Notes under the pieces: model-generated
The model's input: the letters and a program-made list of their open reading frames with translations, nothing else
Database searches by the model: none
Told to the model about the DNA's origin: nothing
Shown: positions 47,517 through 57,443 of the stretch, in pieces
Position numbering within the stretch: position 1 is the stretch's first letter
How the letters are laid out: every line of letters starts with the position of its first letter
Program-made: the position numbers and the translations under genes
Origin: Chloroflexota bacterium
GTDB lineage: Bacteria; Chloroflexota; Dehalococcoidia; Dehalococcoidales; UBA5760
Direction of reading: 5' to 3'
Assembly: GCA_015222205.1 (NCBI GenBank)
Contig: JADFUW010000027.1
Span: 1-63,290 of the forward strand
Length of the DNA: 63,290 nt

Positions 47517-48027
47517 GCTCTTTTATCCTGGCTATTATCTGGTCGGCGGCAGAATCAATATCCAGCCTTGAAGTATCTATGGCGATGTCAGCGGCTCGCT
47601 GGTAAAATGGCTCACGAAATGTTAACAGTTCCTGGATAGCCTGGGCCGGGTTAGCCACTTTAAGGAGCGGCCTCTCTTCGGTATCGTTTGATGTCCGCTT
47701 TAGTATTACTTCCGGGGAGGTAGTGAGGTAGACTATTACGGCTTCTTTCTTTAGTCGGTCAATGTTTATTTTATTAAGGATTAACCCACCCCCACAGGCA
47801 ATCACGGCGTTTTTCTTTTGGCTAACCTCTTTAGTGACTTCAATCTCAAGCTCCCGAAAGGCTATCTCTCCGTCCTCTCGGAATACCTCGGGTATGGGCT
47901 TACCTGCCTTCTGCTCAATCAACGGGTCTAGCTCAATAAATTCCTTACCCAGTTTTCCAGCTAGGGCCCTCCCCACCACAGTTTTCCCCGTCCCCATGAA
48001 ACCAATTAGGGCGATGCTAGTTTTCAT
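47497..48027 (-). CDS. aroK: Shikimate kinase
   Basis: GFMGTGKT, GEIAFRELE, CGGG and RPLL motifs. Confidence 0.96.
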   Translation of the reverse strand: MKTSIALIGFMGTGKTVVGRALAGKLGKEFIELDPLIEQKAGKPIPEVFREDGEIAFRELEIEVTKEVSQKKNAVIACGGGLILNKINIDRLKKEAVIVYLTTSPEVILKRTSNDTEERPLLKVANPAQAIQELLTFREPFYQRAADIAIDTSRLDIDSAADQIIARIKEHEGLNQ

Positions 48028-48895
48028 TAGCCTCTAGTGCCTTAATGGCTTCCTTTTTCATCAGGTCAACGGGGGCTTTTTGTCCCGTCCACTTCTCAAA
48101 GGCCAAAGCCCCTTGCCAGACCAGCATATCAAGCCCGCCGATAGTTTTGGCACCAGCTGCCCCTGCCTCTCTCAGTAACCTCGTCTTTAGCGGGTTATAC
48201 ACGACATCAAAAACAACCAGGCTAGATTTTAGCAGTTTAGCTGGAACGAGGGTGTCATCAATATTCGGACTCATGCCGATACTGGTGGCATTAATCAGCA
48301 CATCGGCTCCTTCCAGTGCCGTTGCTAGATTTTCCTCATCCAGTTCTAGTGCGTTAACCTCTTTCTTAAAGGTATTAAAGATTTCCTGAGCTAGCTCCTC
48401 TGCCCAGTCTAATTCCAGTGGGCGGTTAAGGATAACCAGATTAGCCCCCCTATCAGCAAGAATAAAGGAAATCGCTCTTGAGACACCACCTGCCCCTAGG
48501 ATGACTATGTTTTTTCCCTCCGGCTCGACCCCCTTATCCCGTAGTGCTTGCAGGAATCCGGTGGCATCGGTATTATAGCCCCTTAAAACACCGTCGTCAC
48601 TCACTATGGTATTAACGGCACCTATCTTTTGGGCCAGGGGGTCTAGTTCATCCAGAAATGGAATGACTGCCACCTTGTGGGGTATAGTGACATTTAAGCC
48701 CCTTATATTCAGGGCTGTCATTCCATGAATTGCCTTACCCAGTTCTTCTTTTCTTACCCGGAAAGCAATATAAATATAATCTAACCCCAACTCTTTAAAG
48801 GCGGCATTATGCATCACCGGTGACATAGTGTGCTCTATAGGGTCACCGATTACACCACAGATTCGTGTTTTCCCCGATATAACCATATTTCTCAT
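48017..48895 (-). CDS. aroE: Shikimate dehydrogenase
   Basis: SPVMHN, NVTIPHK, GAVNT, NTD and GAGG motifs. Confidence 0.96.
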   Translation of the reverse strand: MRNMVISGKTRICGVIGDPIEHTMSPVMHNAAFKELGLDYIYIAFRVRKEELGKAIHGMTALNIRGLNVTIPHKVAVIPFLDELDPLAQKIGAVNTIVSDDGVLRGYNTDATGFLQALRDKGVEPEGKNIVILGAGGVSRAISFILADRGANLVILNRPLELDWAEELAQEIFNTFKKEVNALELDEENLATALEGADVLINATSIGMSPNIDDTLVPAKLLKSSLVVFDVVYNPLKTRLLREAGAAGAKTIGGLDMLVWQGALAFEKWTGQKAPVDLMKKEAIKALEANEN

Positions 48896-48923
48896 CCGTT
48901 TACCATACTATAGATTTTCTTTC

Positions 48924-49580
48924 TCATCCTGACATTATTTGGTATATTTTTGTCAGGTGGCTTACCGTTATTTGGCCGGGGGCAGATTCTTTACCCTCCC
49001 CGATGGAGGCATAGGTAAAATATCCCCCGACCAGGGGACAAAAAACCCGACTGGTAAAACCCAAGGGACCCATAGCAAACGAAACTATCTTTACCTCGGG
49101 AAACTCAGCGATGAGCTTGAGGGTGGTCAGGTTGTCCTTAAAGCTCTGTGCCGTGGTAATCACCTTGCATACATCGGCGCCAGCGGCTAGCTCTCTTTGA
49201 ACTATCTCCTTTAGCCTGTTAAGTGGAGGCGTTTTCTTAAGCTCATGAAGCGACACCAGGCACCTGGCTCGCCTCTTAATTAATGGGATAGCCGTCGCTA
49301 GATTTTTTGTTCTAAGCTCAATATCAACTATATTTGCCCCCAGCTCAACGGCCCTAATAAGCTCCTCTATTCTACCAGCTTCATCCCTTTGCCACCGTCC
49401 ACCCTCGTCTGACATTCTATTACAGGCTATCCAGGGTTTCCTAAGCTGCTTGGCTAAATTCGGCCACCCCCCGCCAATTAAGTCTATGCGAACCTCAAAT
49501 AGCTCTACGAGAGGCTCAACCTTTCTTATTGCTGATAGGTCATCTTTTATAATTGCAGCACAAATCCTCGGTTTTTTCAT
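48924..49580 (-). CDS. aroD: Type I 3-dehydroquinate dehydratase
   Basis: EVRID, GADVCK, FAMG..G..SR and SAPGQ motifs. Confidence 0.94.
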   Translation of the reverse strand: MKKPRICAAIIKDDLSAIRKVEPLVELFEVRIDLIGGGWPNLAKQLRKPWIACNRMSDEGGRWQRDEAGRIEELIRAVELGANIVDIELRTKNLATAIPLIKRRARCLVSLHELKKTPPLNRLKEIVQRELAAGADVCKVITTAQSFKDNLTTLKLIAEFPEVKIVSFAMGPLGFTSRVFCPLVGGYFTYASIGEGKESAPGQITVSHLTKIYQIMSG

Positions 49581-49595
49581 TCTAGTTCCAGCTTT

Positions 49596-50669
49596 TTAAT
49601 CTAATAAAACCTGCTCTATTAAAGATAGGTTTACTTCGTCGGTGATAAATACCTTGCCTAGGACTTCGGGTAAGATGAACCTTATCTTACCCATTAAAAC
49701 CTTCTTGTCGTGTTGCATCGCCGAAATTAGTTCTTCTACTTTAAGCTCTGGGAGTTTGGTTGGCAAGCCAGCCTGCTTAATAAGGCTTTCTAGTCTGAGT
49801 AATTCATTTTCACTGAGTATTCCCATCTTGTTTGAAATTCTGGCGGCGGCTATCATCCCAATAGCTACTGCCTCACCGTGTCCTACTCTGAAGTCTGAGG
49901 CTGATTCAATGGCATGTCCCACCGTATGACCGTAGTTTAAAATAGCTCTTAGATTTAAGTCCTTCTCATCCTTAGCCACTACTTCAGCTTTAATTTCAGC
50001 TGACCGGAAGATAATCTCCTCAAGTGCCTCCTCATTGAGTGATTTTATTCTGTCAATGTTTTTCTCAAGATAGGTAAGGAATCCTTTATCCCAGATAACC
50101 CCGTATTTTATCACCTCGGCTAAACCGTCACTGAGTGTTTTGTTATCAAGTGTTTTTAGGGTATCAATATCAGTAATTACTAGCCTTGGTTGATAAAATG
50201 CCCCGATTTTGTTTTTCAGCTGACCGTGGTCTACGGCCACCTTACCCCCGATACTGCTATCAACCTGTGCCAGCAGGGTAGTTGGTATCTGTATTAGTGG
50301 TACCCCTCGTAGGTACGTAGCCGCTACGAATCCAGCTAAGTCGCCGATAACACCACCGCCTAAGGCTAGAATAGGTGTTGTCCTTTCTGCATGGCAATTG
50401 GCTAATTCATGGTATAGCCTGCCGGCGGTCTCCAGTGATTTTTGCTCCTCCCCGTCGGGAACCTGTAGGGTAGTTACCGTGAAGCCCTCTGGAGTCAGGC
50501 TTTGCTCTAGAGCCTCGCCATACAGACCTTTCACGACAGGGTTGGTGATAATCACCACCTTGTCAACAAAGCCGGCTTTCTTTAGTTTACGGCCGGTTTG
50601 GGAAAGTATTCCGGAATCTATATGGGCCTCGTAGCTGTTACTGCCTAGTTTTATCTTAACTTTCTTCAT
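49596..50669 (-). CDS. aroB: 3-dehydroquinate synthase
   Basis: GGGVIGD, PTTLLAQVDSSIGGK and LNYGHT motifs. Confidence 0.97.
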   Translation of the reverse strand: MKKVKIKLGSNSYEAHIDSGILSQTGRKLKKAGFVDKVVIITNPVVKGLYGEALEQSLTPEGFTVTTLQVPDGEEQKSLETAGRLYHELANCHAERTTPILALGGGVIGDLAGFVAATYLRGVPLIQIPTTLLAQVDSSIGGKVAVDHGQLKNKIGAFYQPRLVITDIDTLKTLDNKTLSDGLAEVIKYGVIWDKGFLTYLEKNIDRIKSLNEEALEEIIFRSAEIKAEVVAKDEKDLNLRAILNYGHTVGHAIESASDFRVGHGEAVAIGMIAAARISNKMGILSENELLRLESLIKQAGLPTKLPELKVEELISAMQHDKKVLMGKIRFILPEVLGKVFITDEVNLSLIEQVLLD

Positions 50670-51726
50670 TTTTTCTTGGCTTAGTTAGTTTGTGGATTTC
50701 TCGGCAGGTATTGATGACTTCTTTAAGTTCATCAGGGGTGATTGCCTGTTGGGCATCAACTAGAGCCTCTGCCGGATTGTAGTGCATCTCAATCATGAGT
50801 CCGCTGGCTCCGGCGGCGATAGCGGCGCAGCACATATTAAAGATGAGGTCCCGACGTCCCGAGGCATGACTGGGGTCAACAATTACCGGCAGATAGGTTT
50901 CTTTCTGAATCACGGGAACGGCAGATAGGTCTAGGGTATATCGGGTGTAGTTTTTACCTTTACCTATGGGTAGTATGCCTCTTTCACAGAGAATAATGTC
51001 TTTATTACCCTCGGCGGCGATATATTCAGCAAAAGACAGGAATTCTTCAATACCGGCACCGAAATGGCGTTTAAATAAAATGGGCTTCTTTGTCCTGGCT
51101 ATCTTGGTTAGCAGGTCCTGATTATACATGTTTCTAGACCCTATTTGGAGTATGTCGGCATACTCAGCGGCTAGGTCGACCTGTGTTTCCCCTCTTACTT
51201 CAGTCACCGTGGCTAGATTAAACCTTTCTCCAGCTTCACGTAGCCAGGCTAAAGCCTCTCTGGCTTCTTCCCAGCCTATGGAGCCCAGGCCCTGGAAAGA
51301 GTGAACTGAGCTCCTTGGTTTAAAGATGCCCCCCCTTAGAATATGAGCTCCGGCCTTCTTGGCCTCTTCGGCAATTCTTAGTAGTTGTCTGTGGCTCTCC
51401 ACGGCACAGGGTCCGGCAATGAATACGGGTTCGCTGCCACCTATCTCAATGTCACCCACCTTGATTATTGAGTGTTCCATTTCATCTTCAAGGAATTTAC
51501 TGTATTCCTTGCTGATTAGTTTATAGGGGACTTCAACCATTGTTGCCTCCTTCACCCCGGGGAAAGTGGCAAAGTGTTCGAATGGCGCTTTATTCTCATC
51601 GCCAACTAAGCCGATTATGGTTCGGTATTTCCCCTTGGAGACATCGGCTCTCAATCCGTATTTCTTTATTTCTTTCACTACCTGGGTTACTTGTTCTGGC
51701 GTTGCGTCAGTTTTCATTATAATCAT
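50656..51726 (-). CDS. aroF: DAHP synthase type I-beta with N-terminal regulatory domain
   Basis: IAGPCAVE, FKPRSS..SFQG, QIGSRNM, CERGI and DPSH motifs. Confidence 0.94.
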   Translation of the reverse strand: MIIMKTDATPEQVTQVVKEIKKYGLRADVSKGKYRTIIGLVGDENKAPFEHFATFPGVKEATMVEVPYKLISKEYSKFLEDEMEHSIIKVGDIEIGGSEPVFIAGPCAVESHRQLLRIAEEAKKAGAHILRGGIFKPRSSVHSFQGLGSIGWEEAREALAWLREAGERFNLATVTEVRGETQVDLAAEYADILQIGSRNMYNQDLLTKIARTKKPILFKRHFGAGIEEFLSFAEYIAAEGNKDIILCERGILPIGKGKNYTRYTLDLSAVPVIQKETYLPVIVDPSHASGRRDLIFNMCCAAIAAGASGLMIEMHYNPAEALVDAQQAITPDELKEVINTCREIHKLTKPRKNEES

Positions 51727-51797
51727 TTATCCCCCTCCCAAAAATTTTATACAGATTAGGTAACCTCTTATTGGATGAAGTCCTTGTTGTTGTGCCC

Positions 51798-51831
51798 AAA
51801 ATAGAAGAACCCCCCTTGCTTGGGAGGGTTC
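51798..51831 (-). terminator. Attenuator terminator of the aromatic operon
   Basis: mRNA GAACCCUCC-CAAGCAA-GGGGGGUUC followed by UUCUAUUUU. Confidence 0.8.
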
Positions 51832-51873
51832 CTGAATTTCTATAGTCTACTTTTACTGTCTTATGATATTTTC

Positions 51874-51963
51874 TTAAACGCTGTCCCCCCAAGCGCACCT
51901 TGTGCGCCAGCTAAACGCGAAATAAGTATAATACACTCCCTGGAGGGCAGCATAGCTTAGCAT
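51874..51963 (-). CDS. Aromatic amino acid attenuation leader peptide MLSYAALQGVYYTYFAFSWRTRCAWGDSV
   Basis: GAGGT SD; 8 of 29 residues aromatic, with a YYTYFAFSW cluster; overlaps the antiterminator segment. Confidence 0.85.
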   Translation of the reverse strand: MLSYAALQGVYYTYFAFSWRTRCAWGDSV

Positions 51964-51993
51964 AATAATACTTACCTCATTTCCTTCTAGCTT

Positions 51994-52022
51994 AGCCTAT
52001 CACAAGGGATATGGTTTGTCAA
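51994..52022 (-). promoter_or_regulatory. Sigma70 promoter of leader and aro operon
   Basis: Minus-strand TTGACA-17-TAGGCT. Confidence 0.7.
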
Positions 52023-52093
52023 GCAAGCCTGCATTACTAAGGTTTTATCTAGTAAGCCTGGCCGCTTTTATTGCTCTAGGGGGGAGATGGTGC

Positions 52094-52142
52094 TTGACGG
52101 TGGTGAAAATTTGCTGTAGAGTAATATCGTATTGCAATATCG
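52094..52142 (+). promoter_or_regulatory. Promoter and candidate PadR operator
   Basis: TTGACG-17-TAGAGT, then AATATCG-tattgc-AATATCG (direct and partly inverted repeat). Confidence 0.5.
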
Positions 52143-52154
52143 GGGAGCGTTATT

Positions 52155-52460
52155 ATGGTGGACAGGGAGTTTTTCCTGGGATTTATTAAGATTCACATCC
52201 TATATCACGCTTCCAAGGAGCCAATCTTTGGCGTGGAAATAGCCAAGGAGCTGGCAAGACACGGCTATAATGTCAGCCCGGGCACCCTGTATCCGGTGCT
52301 GCACCGCCTGGAAAAAGAGGGCTATCTGGAGAGCAGCCCCAGGTTAGTTAATGGCAGAGTAAGGAAATACTACCAGGCTACTGGCGAGGGAAAGAGGGCA
52401 CTGGTGCAGTCGAGAAAGAAAATCAGGGAACTGGTGACTGAGGTCTTATATGATAGATAG
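52155..52460 (+). CDS. PadR family transcriptional regulator
   Basis: SPGTLYPVLHRLEKEG and RKYYQAT motifs. Confidence 0.93.
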   Translation: MVDREFFLGFIKIHILYHASKEPIFGVEIAKELARHGYNVSPGTLYPVLHRLEKEGYLESSPRLVNGRVRKYYQATGEGKRALVQSRKKIRELVTEVLYDR

Positions 52461-52499
52461 TTGGAAAAGCTATTAATTGAGGTTTTACAGGGTAAGTAG

Positions 52500-53735
52500 T
52501 TGGCAGAGCTATTAAATAATAAAGATGTGCCCCGCAGGGAAATCTGGGGATTTCATCCCAATGTATTCTTTCTGGGTATCGTCAGCTTCTTGACTGATGT
52601 CTCCAGCGAGATGATTTTTACCCTTGTCCCCCTTTTCTTGTCTAATGTGCTGGGGGTGGGGACTGCTATCATAGGCCTTGTTGGGGGATTGTCGGAAAGC
52701 ACTGATGCCCTATTTCGGATATTTAGTGGTTGGCTTAGTGACAAGATAGGCAAGCGCAAGTCCCTAGCCGTGGCTGGCTACACTATTTCTACGATTGCCA
52801 AGCCCTTTATGTATCTGGCTTCAACGTGGGGTATGGTCTTAGGTGTCAGATTTGGTGACCGGGTGGGTAAGGGCATCCGCAGTTCATCACGAGATGCCCT
52901 GATTGCTGATTCTACCCCACCTGCAGAGAGAGGCAAAAGCTTTGGGTTTCATCGGGCGATGGATACCTCCGGTGCTGTTTTGGGGTTGGCTATAGCGGCT
53001 GCTGTTATCTATCTTGTTCAGGGTGGAGGGCTAGAGCTTAGCCTGAGGACTTACCGGTGGTTGGTACTAATAGGTGTTGTGCCAGCCGTGCTGGCAGTGG
53101 CAATACTGGTAAGATTTGTTAAGGAGAGGGAAAGGAAGCCATCGCTAACTGGCCCTTCTCGCCCCGGGTTTAATCTGGTCAAACTAGCCGCTGGTTTTGA
53201 CACCCGCTTTAAGCTATTTCTGGTGGTTATGGTGTTATTTACCCTGGGTAACTCCAGCGATTTTTTCGTTATACTGCGGGCGCAGGATATGGGCTCATCT
53301 GTTTTCCATATCACGCTGATGCTTGTCCTGTTTAACGCTACCTATGCGGCGGTTTCTTTGCCGGCAGGCAGATTATCAGACCGACTGGGCAGGAGACGTG
53401 TTATCGCTATGGGCTGGGGTATTTATGCCCTGGTTTACCTTGGGTTTGCCCTGACCTCTGAGCTCTGGCAGGTGTGGCTGCTCTTTGCCGGCTACGGCAT
53501 TTATTATGGTATAGTTGAGGGGGTAGCCAGGGCTTTTGTTGCCGACCTGGTGCCTGCGGAGAGAAGAGGCACTGCTTATGGACTGTATCACGGGGTGGTT
53601 GGTCTTACTCTTTTACCTGCCAGCCTGATTGCCGGCTGGATGTGGCAGACTTATAGCCCTCAAGCCCCGTTTTTCTTTGGCGCTGGCCTGGCGGCTCTGG
53701 CAACAATAGGCATGATGGCTTTTATCAGAGAATAA
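52500..53735 (+). CDS. MFS transporter
   Basis: DVSSEM, GWLSDKIGKRK, RDALIADS, FHRAMD and LSDRLGRRR motifs; about 12 TMs. Confidence 0.93.
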   Translation: MAELLNNKDVPRREIWGFHPNVFFLGIVSFLTDVSSEMIFTLVPLFLSNVLGVGTAIIGLVGGLSESTDALFRIFSGWLSDKIGKRKSLAVAGYTISTIAKPFMYLASTWGMVLGVRFGDRVGKGIRSSSRDALIADSTPPAERGKSFGFHRAMDTSGAVLGLAIAAAVIYLVQGGGLELSLRTYRWLVLIGVVPAVLAVAILVRFVKERERKPSLTGPSRPGFNLVKLAAGFDTRFKLFLVVMVLFTLGNSSDFFVILRAQDMGSSVFHITLMLVLFNATYAAVSLPAGRLSDRLGRRRVIAMGWGIYALVYLGFALTSELWQVWLLFAGYGIYYGIVEGVARAFVADLVPAERRGTAYGLYHGVVGLTLLPASLIAGWMWQTYSPQAPFFFGAGLAALATIGMMAFIRE

Positions 53736-53754
53736 AGAGGGCGAAATCGTTCAC

Positions 53755-54249
53755 CTACTTAGGCTGCTTTGACCTAATAATGTCTTGAACTCTTTGGACT
53801 TCACTCTTCCAAGCTGGCTCGTGTGTGGGAAGAGGTTCCAAAGGCGTCTTAGGCTCTTTCTTATGAAACCTCTTCGCAGTCTCAAGAGCGTTTCTTGCCC
53901 TTATTATATCTCCATGCTCAGCAAATATCTCAGCAAGTAAGATCCAATCACTGTCTTTCCCACCGAATAATCCAAGCGATTTCACACATGTGGATGCCGC
54001 ACCCTTGGAATCACCGGAGGCTAGTTTTAATCTTGCCAACCTACGAAGTGCTTCCTGACCAACCACATTCAATACCATGTCAGCAACATTTTTGGGGAAT
54101 ACTTTGCCCTTCAGTTCCGGAAATCGCATCTTTATTTGTCTATCGATAGCACCTTTTTCCTGCTTATCAAGAACGATTGGCTCTCCAGCCTTGACCTCTT
54201 CAATCAACGGCGGCATGTCAGGGAATTGCCGCTTATGGAAAAAGCCCAT
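53755..54249 (-). CDS. Hypothetical protein with TPR-like helices
   Basis: GGAGGAGG SD; WILLAEIFAEHGDIIRARNALETA is TPR-like. Confidence 0.65.
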   Translation of the reverse strand: MGFFHKRQFPDMPPLIEEVKAGEPIVLDKQEKGAIDRQIKMRFPELKGKVFPKNVADMVLNVVGQEALRRLARLKLASGDSKGAASTCVKSLGLFGGKDSDWILLAEIFAEHGDIIRARNALETAKRFHKKEPKTPLEPLPTHEPAWKSEVQRVQDIIRSKQPK

Positions 54250-54315
54250 TTTATAATACCTCCTCCAACCAAATACATCGTTAGATTATAACAATCCCGG
54301 GTACTATAGTGCTTA

Positions 54316-55134
54316 TTAGGTGATAGGTAAGGGAATTTCTGTTACTTCTCCACCTCTCATGAAATAGACATGTCTCATTTCAGAGTAGCTTTCGGCGTTA
54401 ATGTTTGTAAAGGCTTGCATTATTTCGGGAGGGTCTATCGGTCTCTCTCTTTCTTCAATTAGCACCAGAAAAGTCTCTTTTGTATTTGATTGTTTTAGCT
54501 GTTCGTTTGCATGTGAGACTAGTTGTTCAAATTTTTCTAACTCAAGCTCGTCGAAGCTGATAGAGTAGCAGCCAGTTGTCCCGTGGTGTAGCTTTACTAC
54601 GCTACCTTGATTATTTAGTTTCTTAAGCTCAAGAAGTATGATATCAGGTAACATGAACAATAATCTTTCACTAATCTCAGGCTTTAGGTCTTCTGTCTCC
54701 CCTACATTAAGCCTTTGTGCTACTTCTATAATAGTCTCAGACAGAATGTCCTTAAATGTTTGTCTGCTTTCAGGCTGTTTCTTGAACGGGAAGTTATACT
54801 CCTTATATGTATCGACAAACAGACTGAAAGTGCCTGTCAACTTGTTGGAGAGGCTACTTGTCACCTCATCTAAAAGATTGCAGATCTCCTTTCTCTTTTT
54901 CTCTAATATCTGCTTCGTTATTCTTTTAACTTCTACCGCTATTTCATCACCTGTTTCCGTATCATAGCAGACCCAGTCCCAATTAAGCTGGCCTTCTAAG
55001 TGAGGATAGACTTCGGTGGTTTTGTCTTTAATCGCAATATGTGTCCCATATTTCTCATTGTGATAATCTAGGACACGCTGCACATGCTCTCTTTCCCATT
55101 CGTCTTTTCTATCTTGCGTGGTTCTAGCCATCAT
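54316..55134 (-). CDS. Hypothetical protein, possible PD-(D/E)XK nuclease fold
   Basis: AT-rich ORF with E...WD...IAVEVKR pattern. Confidence 0.6.
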   Translation of the reverse strand: MMARTTQDRKDEWEREHVQRVLDYHNEKYGTHIAIKDKTTEVYPHLEGQLNWDWVCYDTETGDEIAVEVKRITKQILEKKRKEICNLLDEVTSSLSNKLTGTFSLFVDTYKEYNFPFKKQPESRQTFKDILSETIIEVAQRLNVGETEDLKPEISERLLFMLPDIILLELKKLNNQGSVVKLHHGTTGCYSISFDELELEKFEQLVSHANEQLKQSNTKETFLVLIEERERPIDPPEIMQAFTNINAESYSEMRHVYFMRGGEVTEIPLPIT

Positions 55135-55151
55135 CCCTTATTCTAACACGG

Positions 55152-55181
55152 AGGGGCAAAGAATAACTCTTTGCCCCTTTT
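55152..55181. terminator. Inverted repeat downstream of panC
   Basis: AGGGGCAAAGA-ataac-TCTTTGCCCCT; the T run is on the + strand. Confidence 0.5.
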
Positions 55182-55231
55182 ATAATAGGTCTAAGGCTCC
55201 GCAAAGCCGTAGAACACATTTTGAGAAGTTA

Positions 55232-56062
55232 TTATATCACTATATTGTCAATAAGTCTAGTCCTGCCAATTTTTACTGCCAGTGAGACTAGGGCTGGTGG
55301 TTTAACCGTATCCAGTTCGTCTAGGGTTTCAGCATTGGCGATAGATACATAATCAACATTGGCTAGTGGCTGTTGCTGGATTAGTCCTATAATCTCCTGC
55401 CGTAGGCGTTCGGCGTTTTTCTCTCCGTTAGCATATAATTGTTGAGCTAAGCTTAGTGCCTGATAAAGAACTACGGCGGCTTGGCGCTCGTGGGGATTAA
55501 GATAGGTATTACGACTGCTCAACGCCAGCCCATCAGGCTCACGCACCGTAGGTAGGGTAACTATTTCTATATTCATATTTAGGTCGGTTACCATTTTTTT
55601 GATGACTATCGCCTGCTGGGCGTCTTTCTGCCCAAAGTAGGCTCTTTGGGGCTGGATAATGTTAAACAGCTTGGCACAAACTGTAGTAACTCCCCTGAAA
55701 TGACCGGGGCGGGCGGTACCTTCCAGTCGCTCTGTTACCTTGCCTATCTCTACCCGGGCACTGAACGGCTGAGGGTACACCTCATCGGCCTGTGGTATGA
55801 AGACAAGGTCAGTTCCCGCCTTGTCTAGCAAAGCAAGGTCGTGCTGGGTATTTCGGGGGTAGCTAACAAAGTCTTCCTGTGGCCCAAACTGCATTGGGTT
55901 AACAAATATACTGACCACTGCTGATGGGTTTTCCGTTCTCGCCTTTCTCACTAGGGATAAATGCCCTTCGTGGAGGTAGCCCATAGTTGGCACAAAGCCA
56001 ACCGGCTCAGTAAGCCTACGCCTTAGCTTTCTCATGTCATCTATTTTTTCAGCGATTTTCAT
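55232..56062 (-). CDS. panC: Pantoate--beta-alanine ligase
   Basis: VPTMGYLHEGH, RPGHFRGV, FGQKDAQQ and LSSRN motifs. Confidence 0.97.
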   Translation of the reverse strand: MKIAEKIDDMRKLRRRLTEPVGFVPTMGYLHEGHLSLVRKARTENPSAVVSIFVNPMQFGPQEDFVSYPRNTQHDLALLDKAGTDLVFIPQADEVYPQPFSARVEIGKVTERLEGTARPGHFRGVTTVCAKLFNIIQPQRAYFGQKDAQQAIVIKKMVTDLNMNIEIVTLPTVREPDGLALSSRNTYLNPHERQAAVVLYQALSLAQQLYANGEKNAERLRQEIIGLIQQQPLANVDYVSIANAETLDELDTVKPPALVSLAVKIGRTRLIDNIVI

Positions 56063-56189
56063 AGAGGATGTTATCTACCTAACCAACTTGAATCTTAAAT
56101 TTTGTTACTTGGTAGCCCTCCCCCCTTTCCCCTTCTCTTATCAAGGGAGGGGGGAAATGTAGATGACCCATTCGGTGGAAAAGGTCTAT

Positions 56190-57017
56190 TTATTTGAGCT
56201 TATCTAGAATGCTTTCGTCCATGGAGAAGCCCTGCTCCTCGGTGGGGAAGCTGCCGTTTTTCACTTCTTTGTCGTATTCGGTAACGGTGGCTCGGATAGT
56301 ATCTGCCAGTTTGGCATATTGCTTGGCGTGCTTGGGAACAAAATCGGTAAACAGACCCAGAATATCACTTATAACCTGAACCTGACCATCACAGCCGATA
56401 CCGGCGCCGATGCCAATAGTGGGGATGCTTATACTTTGCGTAATCAGTGTTGCTAACGGGGTCGGCACAGTCTCCAGAACAACGGCGAAGGCTCCAGCCT
56501 GTTCCAGGGCGTGGGCATCCTCGAGCATTCTGGTGGCAGTTTCCTCGGTTTTACCCTGTACCTTATAGCCTCCCAGTTGATGAATTGACTGGGGGGTAAG
56601 TCCAATGTGTCCCATAACCGGTATGCCGCAACTTACGATACTTCTCACTGTTTCGGCTACGGTTACGCCTCCCTCAAGCTTAACTGATTGGGCACCACCC
56701 TCCTGAATAAAACGGGCTGCATTGCGTAGGGCGTCTGAGATACTGGTATGGTAGGTCATAAAGGGCATATCCCCGATTATTATTGCCTGTTTGGTGCCCC
56801 TGACCACCGCCTTGGTATGGTGTAGCATCTCCTCTATAGTTACCGGTATGGTTGATTCATAGCCTAGGACTACCATACCCAGGCTATCCCCCACCAGAAT
56901 TAGTGGTATTCCTGCCTCATCAATTATCTTGGCGGTGATGTAGTCGTAGGCGGTGAGTATGGTGATTTTCTCGCCCCTTTGTTTCATGCTTTTTAGCTGG
57001 CTTATAGAAATTCGCAC
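56190..57017 (-). CDS. panB: 3-methyl-2-oxobutanoate hydroxymethyltransferase
   Basis: LTAYD, LVGDSLGM, KLEGG and GHIGLTPQ motifs. Confidence 0.97.
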   Translation of the reverse strand: MRISISQLKSMKQRGEKITILTAYDYITAKIIDEAGIPLILVGDSLGMVVLGYESTIPVTIEEMLHHTKAVVRGTKQAIIIGDMPFMTYHTSISDALRNAARFIQEGGAQSVKLEGGVTVAETVRSIVSCGIPVMGHIGLTPQSIHQLGGYKVQGKTEETATRMLEDAHALEQAGAFAVVLETVPTPLATLITQSISIPTIGIGAGIGCDGQVQVISDILGLFTDFVPKHAKQYAKLADTIRATVTEYDKEVKNGSFPTEEQGFSMDESILDKLK

Positions 57018-57028
57018 TTGTTTCTCCT

Positions 57029-57403
57029 TCAGGAAGGCATAGCCTCAGCTACTTGTTTACTCCCGGTGATAGCATTTTTAGCATTAACATATACCAGTCG
57101 GGGCGTGAAGTCGTGGGCTTCAGCATCCTCAACGTGACAGTAGGCAAGGATGATAATCGTGTCCCCCTTGATGGCTAATCTAGCGGCGGCACCATTCAGG
57201 CAGACTTCACCGCTTTCTTCTCCCTCAATGGCATAAGTGGTAAAACGGGCACCGTTATTTATGTTTAATACCTGCACCTGCTCGTAGGGCAGGATGTCAG
57301 CCTCTTTTATAAGCTTCTTGTCGATGGTGATGCTGCCTTCATAACTAAGATTGAGTCGGGTAACCCGGGCTCGGTGGATTTTACTCTTGAGCATTACTCG
57401 CAT
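57029..57403 (-). CDS. panD: Aspartate 1-decarboxylase
   Basis: KSKIHRA, YEG|SITID autocleavage site and NGAAAR motifs. Confidence 0.97.
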   Translation of the reverse strand: MRVMLKSKIHRARVTRLNLSYEGSITIDKKLIKEADILPYEQVQVLNINNGARFTTYAIEGEESGEVCLNGAAARLAIKGDTIIILAYCHVEDAEAHDFTPRLVYVNAKNAITGSKQVAEAMPS

Positions 57404-57443
57404 TGACTTCTCCTGATGGTTTTATTTCTAAGCATTGTTCGCC

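Noticed and set aside
51707-51898. 63-aa ORF in the aroF leader
   Set aside because: Wrong frame, runs through the terminator and has no SD; the real leader peptide is 51874-51963
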